A stretch of 63,019 bases of DNA, filler included, from Octopus bimaculoides (taxonomy: Eukaryota), in assembly GCF_001194135.2 (NCBI RefSeq). It is 7 parts of 7 records of this genome, joined end to end, with 100 filler letters (N's around TTAATTAATTAA, not from the genome) between each part and the next. Parts side by side here need not be neighbours in the genome. Positions count along the whole stretch, not along the records: positions 41,733 to 58,757 come from NC_068991.1; positions 58,858 to 60,100 come from NW_026332924.1; positions 60,201 to 61,384 come from NW_026372410.1; positions 61,485 to 63,019 come from NW_026420943.1; 3 more parts are not named here. The stretch is one strand, 5' to 3'. Shown here piece after piece: positions 50,393-61,581 of the stretch; the first letter of the stretch is position 1, and every line of letters starts with the position of its first letter. The position numbers and the translations under genes are program-made. The notes under the pieces were generated by a model. It saw only the letters and a program-made list of their open reading frames with translations. It searched no databases and was not told the DNA's origin.

Positions 50393-50441
50393 GTCTCCGA
50401 TGAAGGGAAGTACTGGATCTTCCCTGAAACAGCTGTAAGAC
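50393..50441 (+). ncRNA. Minimal type I hammerhead ribozyme (Penelope/retrozyme-like), C3-C4 core variant
   Basis: GTCT [CCGATGA] AGGGAAG-tactggat-CTTCCCT [GAAA] CAGCTG [TA] AGAC. Helix I 4 bp, helix II 7 bp, palindromic helix III ACAGCTGT, GUA cleavage triplet. Confidence 0.82.
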
Positions 50442-50508
50442 TCTATCCATAAAATTCTTCAACCTTACCTTTGCTCTCTTTATCTTTTTGTGTTTATATA
50501 TTTACACA

Positions 50509-50618
<110 letters not shown>

Positions 50619-50775
50619 CGCGTATGCATGTATGCATGCTTGTATGTATGCATACTTGTATATATGTATGCATATATGTATGTATTATGCATGTATGTAT
50701 GTATATATGTATTATGTATGTATGTGTGTATGTATGTATGTATGTATGTATGCATGCATGTATGTATGTATGCAT

Positions 50776-52697
50776 GCACCTGGCAAAATCATTCAAATCA
50801 GGAATCGGACAACATGACCCACTCGAGGAGAGAGTTATTGTTTCCGGGGACATATCCAGGTGTAGGAGGTTTATCCGGGATTTTTTTAAGGAATTTGTTC
50901 AATGACTTCTTGAACTTTATGAGGTTTGTTTCTGCTTTAATGTGTTTTGGTGTAATGTTAAAGAGAGCGGGGCCGATTGAGATGAAATAATTGTGCCGTA
51001 TTTTTGTTATGTGATACGAGTATGATTTATGTTGTGGGCGGATAGCACGGGGTTCAAGTGTTGGGTGTATCTTAAAGGCGATGGCAATATCATTTGGGCA
51101 ATGCCGATGGAATATTTTCCACATCATACAGATGGTGTAGCGCTCATGGCGGTGTTGGAGGGAATAAAGTTTGAGCTTTTCTAGTCGACACCAACAGTCA
51201 AGGCCTGTCATACTATCTATTCTTTTTTGTAAGTGACCTTTGAGGTGCTTCAATTTTCATGATACTTTGTTTCGTGTGTGGAGACCACAGTGGGCAACAG
51301 TAACCAAGGTGCAGTCGGGCAAAAGTAAAGAAGGAAAGGATAATGTTGTGGTTATCTCTCGACTGGAAAATTCTGAGAACACATTCTGCGGACCGTGTCA
51401 ACTTTGCTGTTTATATGAGCGGCCCAGCTTATGATGGTGTCCACCATTACTCCTAAGTCTCTGATGTTGTTGGATGCCATGAAAGTTTCACCTGAAGGAA
51501 GAGAGTATGGGAGTTTCAGAGTGTCCTCTTTTCCGAAGTGGATTAACTCAAATTTGTCCTCGCTCAGCAGCATATTATTCTTTTCCGCTCATTGGATGAC
51601 AGCCAGTAGATCTGACTGAAGGCATGCTCGGTCACTTTCTTCATTGATGACCTTCTGGATCTTGGAATCATCTGCAAAGATTCTTATGTTGTTGTACTTG
51701 ATGACGTCAGTAATGTCATTGATGTAGATGATGAAAAGAAGTGGGTGCAGCACAGTGCCTTGTGGAACACCACTGCTGACTTTGGTTGTGCTTCATTTTT
51801 CGCTTTCGGCTACAATGTGTTGGGTTCTGCCTGTCAGGAAACATTTGATCCATTGTAGTAAATTTCCAAAGACACCGATGTCGGATAGTTTTTTTGAAGA
51901 GGATCTTATGATCTACCCTACCAAAGGGCTTGCTGAAATCAAGGTAAATGACATCAGTATTCGAGCCTTCTCTCAAAGCTCTCAAAGTGTCATCAAGGTG
52001 ATGCAAGAGCTGCATTAGGCAGTTCCTTCCATCACAGAACCCGTGTTGGTTGGGGTTCAGCCGTCTGTTGCTTTCAAGAAAGTGGGTTATTCGTGATCTC
52101 ACCACCCTCTCAAATACCTTGATGATATGAAGGTGAGCGAGATCGGCCGGTAGTTCACTGCAAGGGATTTGTTTCCCTTTTTGAAAACTGGGACAACAGA
52201 CTGGGACAGCAAGTTTTCAGGTATATAACCAGCATCCAGTAAATTCCTCCACAGAATAGCAAGTTGGTGTCGGCACACCTTCAGGACACAAGCAGGGAAC
52301 CTATCAGGGCTTACAGCTGAATGGTGTTTGATTTCGTTTATTGCCGCTAAGACATCAGGGGCGCCAAAACGTTATGTCCGATATAGTTGGTTGAGGATTA
52401 ACATCACTGATACAGTCCAGATCGGCCATATCAGAATTGCTAAAAATAGAGCAGTACTTTTTCTGCAGTATCTCATTCATGGTTTTGGCATTATCTTGGA
52501 GATCGCCATTTTCATTAGAGGGCCAACAGTGGAGACAGTGGCCTTGTGTTTTTCCGCAAAAGAGAAGAGCACTTTGGGGTTGAGTTTGACTTTCTCAACG
52601 GCCCATTTCTCCTGAGCTGTTCTTTGGTTATTGATGATGGTCTTCATGCATCGTTGGAGGTTATACTTTCTTGATTCGAGCAGGGAGACAGACGTCG
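50776..52697 (-). mobile_element. Decayed 5'-truncated CR1-clade LINE (RT)
   Basis: NPNQHGF, TDVIYLDFSKPFGRVDHKIL, GVPQGTVLHPLLFIIYINDI, IFADDSKI, IRDLGVMVD, YCCPLWSPH, LKLYSLQHRHERY. Confidence 0.92.
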
Positions 52698-53087
52698 AAT
52701 TTATATATATGTAAAATTTAATACAGTACGGTATTTATCTGGTATTTATAAGTATAATAAACATGGTATTTATATTTATATTTTATATATANNNNNNNNN
52801 NNNNNNNNNNNNNNNNNNNNNNNNNNNNNNNNNNNNNNNNNNNNNNNNNNNNNNNNNNNNNNNNNNNNNNNNNNNNNNNNNNNNNNNNNNNNNNNNNNNN
52901 NNNNNNNNNNNNNNNNNNNNNNNNNNNNNNNNNNNNNNNNNNNNNNNNNNNNNNNNNNNNNNNNNNNNNNNNNNNNNNNNNNNNNNNNNNNNNNNNNNNN
53001 NNNNNNNNNNNNNNNNNNNNNNNNNNNNNNNNNNNNNNNNNNNNNNNNNNNNNNNNNNNNNNNNNNNCGTATATATGTATATATGTG

Positions 53088-53315
53088 TGTGTGTGTGTGT
53101 GTATTTGTGTGTCTGTGTTTGTCCCCCCAACATCGCTTGACAACCGATACTGGTGTGTTTACGTCCCCGTAACTTAGCGGTTCGGCAAAAGAGACCGATA
53201 GAATAAGTACTAGGCTTACAAAGAATAAGTCCTGGGATCGATTTGCTCGACTAAAGGCAGTGCTCCAGCATGGCCGCAGTCAAATGACTGAAACAAGTAA
53301 AAGAGTAAATGAGTA
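53088..53315 (+). mobile_element. tRNA-derived SINE, family 1 (3' half)
   Basis: Body and tail match; the head is probably in the preceding gap. Confidence 0.9.
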
Positions 53316-53359
<44 letters not shown>

Positions 53360-54069
53360 GATATTTTTGCATATATTTATATATATATAAGCGGTATTTT
53401 TATACATTCTTATATCTTTACATCCTTCAACACTTTTTCATAATGTTGGAAACCTTTTATATAATTATATTTTCCCAAGGTTTTTTTTTTAATAAGTTTA
53501 TCTGTTATAAAACCAATTATCTCATTTTTTTTGCCTTTAATCCCTGGTTTTTCAGTCAATAGAAAATGTGTACTTCATTCTCGTATGAAACCTGAATTTA
53601 ATTATGGGTTCATTGTTGAATGGTTTTATCATGACCTCCTTAACAAGTTGATTGGATGAAATATTATGAGGCTTCTATTTTATATAAAATTACTCTAGTT
53701 TTTTTTAAGGGCTTAAATTGGTTTAGATATCCTTCTTCTCTTACTTGGTCCTTGTATCACTTTCTAAATTTTAAAATTTTATTATTTATAATGCAAAATA
53801 TAATAATATACAAATTTTGCTAAATTTTGGATATACATTTCCTGTATCCTTAATACCCTGTACCCTTAATGTCCATTTAGGTCTCATTGTGACCGCCTTT
53901 GTTTTCTATTTTAGGTCCCTGATAATATTAAAGGAGTTTATGACAACCCTACCCCCTCCCCCTTTCTGGGCATAAACGATTATCTGGGATCTGTTTCTTT
54001 ATGTAGTCATAACGAATTTATAACCATAGTAATAAATTAGGGGTTTTGAATAGTATATGACATTAATTG

Positions 54070-54372
54070 TGGAAACGCAATGGCCCAGTGGTTATGGCAG
54101 CGGACTCGCGGTCGGAAGATCGCGGTTTCGATTCCCAGACCGGGTGTTGTGAGTGTTTATTGAGCGAAAACACCTAAGCGCCACGAGGCTCCGGCAGTGG
54201 TGGTGGTGGGGGGGGGCGACCCCTGTTGTACTCCTTCGCCCCAACTTTCTCTTCCTGTTTCTTGAGTAACGCTGCGATGGACTGGCGTCCCGTCCAGCCG
54301 TGGGGAACACATACGCCATAGAAACCGGGAAACCAGGCCCATGAGCCTGGCTAGGCTTTGAAAGGGCGACGT
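54070..54372 (+). mobile_element. tRNA-derived SINE, family 2 variant
   Basis: ggaaacgcaatggcccagtggttatggcagcggactcgcgg...ggtttcgattcccagacc; same body as 22175-22493. Confidence 0.9.
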
Positions 54373-55876
54373 CTATCGTTTTTTTTTTATATGACATTAA
54401 TTAATTCGTCATCAGCAGCTAGAACTTAACTGTCACTTCCCAGTGGTTTTGATTTTTAGTGGACGTAGTATACTAGCTACATTAGATCTTTTGATGGTGA
54501 AAAGGAGATAGATAAATGTAGCTGAATTCCTATCTCATGACCCGCATTGTTATTCTCTTCTGCCACTCCAAATTATAGTTGGGGCATTTCCCCCCTATGT
54601 TCATTCTGCTACAATAATGGTAACAGGCATGTAATTCTTTTATTCTCTAGTTCTGATGAATAATTATAATGGAGTATCCTGTATGTTGAAAACCGCAGTA
54701 GGACTGGAAAACAAGCTTCTTTATTTCCTCAAATTTGCCATAAAGGCATAAAATAGATAGAAGCAAATGCGGGCTGGAAAACAAAACAAATGAAATGAAT
54801 GATGAGCGAAATAATGATATTGATGAGGGAAGCAGACGACGCCCGCCGATCGATGCTTCCCAAAAACATTGTTCTTTTTTCTCTTTTATAAAACCAATTG
54901 AGTTTATAAACCTCTTACTATAGTTAATTGGGGCACAAGGTCCTTTCAAATGAGGCCCTAAGCCTCTTACATTTTTCACAAATGGACTCCACGTCCTTAC
55001 AAAATGAGGTACTAAGCCTCTTACGTTTTTTACAACTCGAGGCATTAAAGCCGCTTGCTTCCATGCCGGACCAGGCACACTGCCTCATTCAAGTACCTGG
55101 ACAGTGCCAAGTCNNNNNNNNNNNNNNNNNNNNNNNNNNNNNNNNNNNNNNNNNNNNNNNNNNNNNNNNNNNNNNNNNNNNNNNNNNNNNNNNNNNNNNN
55201 NNNNNNNNNNNNNNNNNNNNNNNNNNNNNNNNNNNNNNNNNNNNNNNNNNNNNNNNNNNNNNNNNNNNNNNNNNNNNNNNNNNNNNNNNNNNNNNNNNNN
55301 NNNNNNNNNNNNNNNNNNNNNNNNNNNNNNNNNNNNNNNNNNNNNNNNNNNNNNNNNNNNNNNNNNNNNNNNNNNNNNNNNNNNNNNNNNNNNNNNNNNN
55401 NNNNNNNNNNNNNNNNNNNNNNNNNNNNNNNNNNNNNNNNNNNNNNNNNNNNNNNNNNNNNNNNNNNNNNNNNNNNNNNNNNNNNNNNNNNNNNNNNNNN
55501 NNNNNNNNNNNNNNNNNNNNNNNNNNNNNNNNNNNNNNNNNNNNNNNNNNNNNNNNNNNNNNNNNNNNNNNNNNNNNNNNNNNNNNNNNNNNNNNNNNNN
55601 NNNNNNNNNNNNNNNNNNNNNNNNNNNNNNNNNNNNNNNNNNNNNNNNNNNNNNNNNNNNNNNNNNNNNNNNNNNNNNNNNNNNNNNNNNNNNNNNNNNN
55701 NNNNNNNNNNNNNNNNNNNNNNNNNNNNNNNNNNNNNNNNNNNNNNNNNNNNNNNNNNNNNNNNNNNNNNNNNNNNNNNNNNNNNNNNNNNNNNNNNNNN
55801 NNNNNNNNNNNNNNNNNNNNNNNNNNNNNNNNNNNNNNNNNNNNNNNNNNNNNNNNNNNNNNNNNNNNNNNNNNNN

Positions 55877-55910
<34 letters not shown>

Positions 55911-56932
55911 TTATTACATGATTTCCCTTAGGGTTAGCGATACTAATAACCTGCTGTTAGAGCTCAATATACATGTGCTTCAGAATAAAACGTTGAGTAC
56001 AGAGAGTAACACAAATTAATTCAATGAGAAGGAAACAAGAATTATGTTATCACTTCATTAATTTACAGCTGTTTCTACTCTAAGAAGCAACACACTCACG
56101 GCGAAGTACTTGTGTGTCGTTTTATAGCTTCTTCGGATTATTTAAAATGATGTGAATATTTGAAAGCAATGACCTAAAAAAATGACAACACCGAATGACA
56201 AGATTTTACTAAATGTTCTGTGCGTATATGTACAGGTCGTCGTCGACTTGCGACCTATCCGAATTACGACCGATCGACTTTGCGACGATTGGTGCGCCAG
56301 CTCCCAGCAGCAATAATAAATAGTCCAGTTGAGATCTAATGGGCTTAATTTCTCTAAAATTAACCCGTGTCTACGAATGAGCAAACGCTTCCCTTCGGTT
56401 TGGTTATCGATCGCCATTGTGTTAAATGACTATCCTGTCGCAGAGACATCGAGGCAACCTCGTATTTGTTTATAAGACGACTGCTTGAGACTCCGTAATT
56501 TCTGACTAACGCCAGTATAATAGTATAATACAGAATGTCGTGTGTGACTTTTACCTGAGAATGTAACTTAAGAATGTAAAAATATAAAACAAAACTACTT
56601 ATGATTGACTGCAGAATAAAACCGGATATATAAATCTCTGTTCCCCTTATCATTACGATCGGTCAGTCGGAACCGTGGAGCAATCTCGAGGATGACCAAA
56701 CCGAAATTGCAAAGATCATCTGGAACTCGACTGAGGAAAGAAAACTCCGAATGACTCGTCCTTGTTTACTTTGTANNNNNNNNNNNNNNNNNNNNNNNNN
56801 NNNNNNNNNNNNNNNNNNNNNNNNNNNNNNNNNNNNNNNNNNNNNNNNNNNNNNNNNNNNNNNNNNNNNNNNNNNNNNNNNNNNNNNNNNNNNNNNNNNN
56901 NNNNNNNNNNNNNNNNNNNNNNNNNNNNNNNN

Positions 56933-56967
<35 letters not shown>

Positions 56968-57527
56968 AATATATATGTACATATGTATCTATCTGTATAT
57001 ATATGTATGTGTGTGTGTGTATGTATATATAAACATAGCTAGATATATATACATATATACTTACACACATGCATACATACATGTGTATGTTCTGTTCTGT
57101 GTTTAATTATCTGAAGTTTTCCTGTAAGAAAGGAGCTGATTATTAATGATCTAATCTCGATCGTTGCGATGTAGATAAAAAAGAAAAAAACAAATTCACA
57201 TCTTAAACTGGAGAAAAGTTATGCATATTTTTACTTTTTCACGTACAGGTTGTATTTATAAAGGTTGTATTTATAAAGTTAGCTGAGTGATGTCTTTTTT
57301 ATTTTTAAATCCCAGCTTAACCACATTGTCACTTAAGCACTTACTCAGAAAAGCAAGGGTACCAATTATTATTGGTACAAATGTGAATCTAAAATCTGGG
57401 ATGCTGGAAGTCTATATAAATGAATGAATGAATGTGTGAAGGTATGAATGTATGTAAGTATGTATGCATGCATGTATGAATGCATGCATACATATATGTA
57501 TGTATATATGTATCTTTCTCTCTTTCT

Positions 57528-57562
<35 letters not shown>

Positions 57563-58266
57563 GGTTCGTAGAGTTTATATAAAGCATATGAGAGACATAA
57601 AATGGAATTCGCGAGACTCTTTATTCAAAACCGGGGCGTGTTGGATCGAAACGATCATAGTAATTCTGAACTGTCTCGTGTATTCCATATTTTGTTTCTC
57701 ATACATCACACACACACACACACACACACACACATGCACGCGGGTATATTGAGTTAATGATGGGCAACTGAGATTTATATATCCAGTTTTATTGTGCATA
57801 TCTTTCCATATCTGCACCTACATATCTTTCTGCTGCAATTCAGTGTAGCATTATTGACCGGCATATATATATATATGGTAGAAGTAACAGAGTGACTCAA
57901 GGTCTGAGAGTTTCAAGCTTTGGCACTTATCGACGCACGAAACACTCGACTCTTGAGTCACTCTATTACTTCAGCTAAGTCTTAATAAAAATATACATAC
58001 ACTCATATTTTGAGTTCTATTTTTCCTGTTTGCATCACCACTACTGTGTGTGTGTATGTGTGTGTGTAAACACGTACACATGCGTGTGTGTGTGTGTATG
58101 TATGTGCGAGTGTTTCGTGTATGTTGGAGTTGAAAACTGTATATGTACACTTGAAATGAATATAAATGCATACTGTATATGCATGCATGGTCTGTGTGTA
58201 TATGTATGTTTACATACATGTGTGTGTATGTGTATCTAGCTATCTAAACATATATATGTATGTATG

Positions 58267-58297
<31 letters not shown>

Positions 58298-58663
58298 ATA
58301 TGTATGTATGTGTATGTATAGGTATTTATGTAGGCACACACACATATACCTACGAACACTCGTACGCACGCTCTCACAAACACATGCATTTATACATGCA
58401 TAAATATGAGACCTATTGTAATAACTTAATATAAAAAAATAAATCATAATCTGTTTGTCAATCAATGGTGGCCTATATATGTCACCTCTGTTTGTGTTTA
58501 TGCTGGTATGTCATTCAGCTAATCAATACACACGGACACACGTGCACAGACACATATATACATACACACATATATACACACTCACATACACGCACATAAA
58601 TATACAGACACGTACACATATAATCTATATGATTTTTTTGACAGACTAGCTGTTTGTTTTTCA

Positions 58664-58757
<94 letters not shown>

Positions 58758-58857
58758 NNNNNNNNNNNNNNNNNNNNNNNNNNNNNNNNNNNNNNNNNNN
58801 NTTAATTAATTAANNNNNNNNNNNNNNNNNNNNNNNNNNNNNNNNNNNNNNNNNNNN
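58758..58857. other. Artificial assembly spacer N44-TTAATTAATTAA-N44
   Basis: Palindrome at 58802-58813. Confidence 0.97.
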
Positions 58858-58859
58858 AA

Positions 58860-59145
58860 ATTAATTAAAACAAAGGCAGCATATTTTAGCAGAACTATGG
58901 TAACAAAAGGGTTGAAGTGATCTAAATTAAAATCTTCCGTCGAAATATCATGTTAATTTATGTTCCAACACCAGCTGAATAAGGATAAAGTTATTTTATT
59001 TAATTCTTTATTTCAAAGAAATAATTGAAACAAGGTTAAGATATTTCAGTAGAAATATGGTAACCAAAGGGTTAGAGTGATCTAAATTAACACCCCCCAT
59101 CAAAATTTCGTATTAATTTATGTTATAAACACCAGTTTAATCATG
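58860..59145 (+). repeat. Two tandem ~160-bp repeat units
   Basis: atggtaac.aaagggtt..agtgatctaaattaa...ttaatttatgtt...acaccag repeated at about 58897 and 59058. Confidence 0.8.
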
Positions 59146-59836
59146 ATTTCAAATTTTGGCACAAGACCATCAAGTTCGAGGGAGAGATTATACCCAGATT
59201 TCGTCTTAAATTATTCACACTCTGTCATGTGTGCACACTGACGTTACCCATCCAGCAAAACAGTCAAACAGATTTTCACAGAAGATGGGAAACAAAGGAC
59301 ACTTACTTCATCAANNNNNNNNNNNNNNNNNNNNNNNNNNNNNGCAGTGGAATTTGAACCTAGAATGTAGAGACGGTTGAAATGCTGCTATGCATTTTGG
59401 TTGGCATGGTAACAATTCTGCCAGCTTACCACCTTAATAATTCTTTTATATACCCAGGCTTATTCCCCAATTTTTTTTAGGAGGGGGTAGCCACAACAAG
59501 TCATACACCACACATTCTATTCATTTCCCAGCTCAAAGAGGCGAGCCCTATTCTATGCTTGGGTCAAGGCATAGANNNNNNNNNNNNNNNNNNNNNNNNN
59601 NNNNNNACAGCATATGCTGGTTTCCCCTGCTGCATCATGCTGGTTCCATACCCCCTTCGAGCAGCATCAGATTCCCTCATCTGTCCACAAACATTCTCCA
59701 AGCTTTCCTAATAAGCTTGCTCCCTTAATATTTTTTTTTCTAATAATAATAGTAATAACTAAAATGGCTTCAAATTTTGGCACCAGGTCATCAATTTTAG
59801 TGGTGGGGTTAAAATTATATTAATTATATTTTTTAA

Positions 59837-60053
59837 CCCTTTAGCATTCAGATTACTTAATGAAATGTAATGCTTATTTATTCACAGTGTTTTCAAATAA
59901 TCATGTATTTTCTCATAGCTTCAAGATTTCAATGANNNNNNNNNNNNNNNNNNNNNNNNNNNNNNNNGGTAGGTGTGAGAGGCTAGATCTGGCCAGTTTG
60001 AGCATAAAACAAGAATATTTGGACTGGACATGGCCAGCTTACATGCTAAAGGG
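59837..60053. mobile_element. piggyBac-type MITE with TTAA target duplication
   Basis: TTAA|CCCTTTAGCAT ... ATGCTAAAGGG|TTAA (TTAA at 59833-59836 and 60054-60057). Confidence 0.88.
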
Positions 60054-60100
60054 TTAATATTATAAAACTAGATGTGAATGGAATTTTAATAGAAGATTGG

Positions 60101-60200
60101 NNNNNNNNNNNNNNNNNNNNNNNNNNNNNNNNNNNNNNNNNNNNTTAATTAATTAANNNNNNNNNNNNNNNNNNNNNNNNNNNNNNNNNNNNNNNNNNNN
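60101..60200. other. Artificial assembly spacer N44-TTAATTAATTAA-N44
   Basis: Palindrome at 60145-60156. Confidence 0.97.
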
Positions 60201-60394
60201 TGCTCCAGCATGGCCACAGTCAAATGACTGAAACAAATAAAAGAATGAAATGGGTAAACAAACAAACCATGACTGGTGTTTAGCTGCAACAGTAACATGT
60301 ATTGCATTGCTTAATGTATTGTTAAGATATCAAAGAGAGAAAGAAAGAAAAAGAGAGAGAGAGGGGTGTAATATGCAGATGGAGATTAACTTAC

Positions 60395-60505
60395 CCATAG
60401 AAAGATGTTTGGATGTTCCAAGGAAAGCATATAAAATAACAGGGAAAAAGCCCATGTAGAGTCCAATGACTGGTGGAAGATTTGACAGCATTGCATATGC
60501 CATAC
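60395..60505 (-). CDS. Internal exon of an SLC26/SulP anion transporter (prestin/pendrin-like)
   Basis: Acceptor ttttgtacacctcag, donor G|gtaagt, 111 bp, phase 1 to 1. Encodes [38 protein letters not shown], the SLC26 signature region. Paralog cannot be assigned. Confidence 0.92.
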
Positions 60506-60619
60506 CTGAGGTGTACAAAATAATGGCAACTGTTAAAATTTGTAGTGATCTTAATTAGGACAAGGGTGGTACATAAACAAACAGACATGTCTAGCTTCAG
60601 GCTACTTTAATGCTCTCAA

Positions 60620-61220
60620 ACACCACAGTCATAACACTGACACAATGGTTACAGTATTGAAACAACACTGTCACAACACTGACATAATAGTTACAATATT
60701 GAAACTACACTGTTACAATACTGACACTACACTGTCACAGTATTACAACAGTGAAACAACACTGTCACAACACTGAAACAGTGGTTACAGTATTGAAACT
60801 ACACTGTCACAACATTGACACTACACTATCACAACATCAATCTCTGTCACAACAATGGCACAGTGGTCACAATATTGACAATACATTCCAATAACATTGA
60901 TGCTACTATACTGTTACAAAGCTGGTACTAAACTGTTACAGCACTAATACTACAGCACAATATGGGCACAAGATCAAAATTATATTATCACACCAATTGA
61001 TAATATGTAGTCACAACACTGACATTATACTGTTAAATGACACATTAATCTGTCACAACAGTAACACTGCACTGTTACAACACTATCTCAACATTGACAA
61101 AATGTTATTAGAACATTTATACCACACTAGCACAACACTTATACAACACTGTCACAACACTGACATTAAAATATTACAATATTGACATTACACTGTTATA
61201 AGACACACTATGCTGTCACA
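60620..61220 (+). repeat. Degenerate minisatellite built on an ~11-bp unit (ACAACACTGWC)
   Basis: Repeated aacactgtcacaacactgac-like units. Confidence 0.8.
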
Positions 61221-61384
61221 AATACATGCACACGTAAACGCACTCATGTGCATATAAATGCACTAATTTGCATGTAAGAGTGCACAGTTACACACACTCT
61301 CACATGCACACACATGAATACAGATATACAACACATGCACACATAAACGCACTTATTTACACAGACACACACATCCACATATGT

Positions 61385-61484
61385 NNNNNNNNNNNNNNNN
61401 NNNNNNNNNNNNNNNNNNNNNNNNNNNNTTAATTAATTAANNNNNNNNNNNNNNNNNNNNNNNNNNNNNNNNNNNNNNNNNNNN
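61385..61484. other. Artificial assembly spacer N44-TTAATTAATTAA-N44
   Basis: Palindrome at 61429-61440. Confidence 0.97.
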
Positions 61485-61546
61485 TGTCGTATTTGGGTAA
61501 TTTCAACCAATCAACGACGTGTATTCGGTTGAAGGAAGCTACTGCT

Positions 61547-61581
61547 GTTTCCATAGTAACCAAAGATGCTGCGCATGCGCA
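61547..61581. promoter_or_regulatory. Candidate RFX X-box plus NRF1-type palindrome
   Basis: GTTTCCATAGTAAC (61547-61560) and TGCGCATGCGCA (61570-61581), with CCAAT at 61507-61511 and ATTGG at 61706-61710. No linked gene visible. Confidence 0.4.

Noticed and set aside
56725-56765. CTGAGGA...GAATGACTCGTC hammerhead-like text
   Set aside because: No convincing helix II and no GAAA or A15.1-U16.1 pair.
60620-61220. Regularly spaced repeats as a CRISPR-like array
   Set aside because: Eukaryotic context, degenerate ~11-bp units and no unique spacers; it is a minisatellite.
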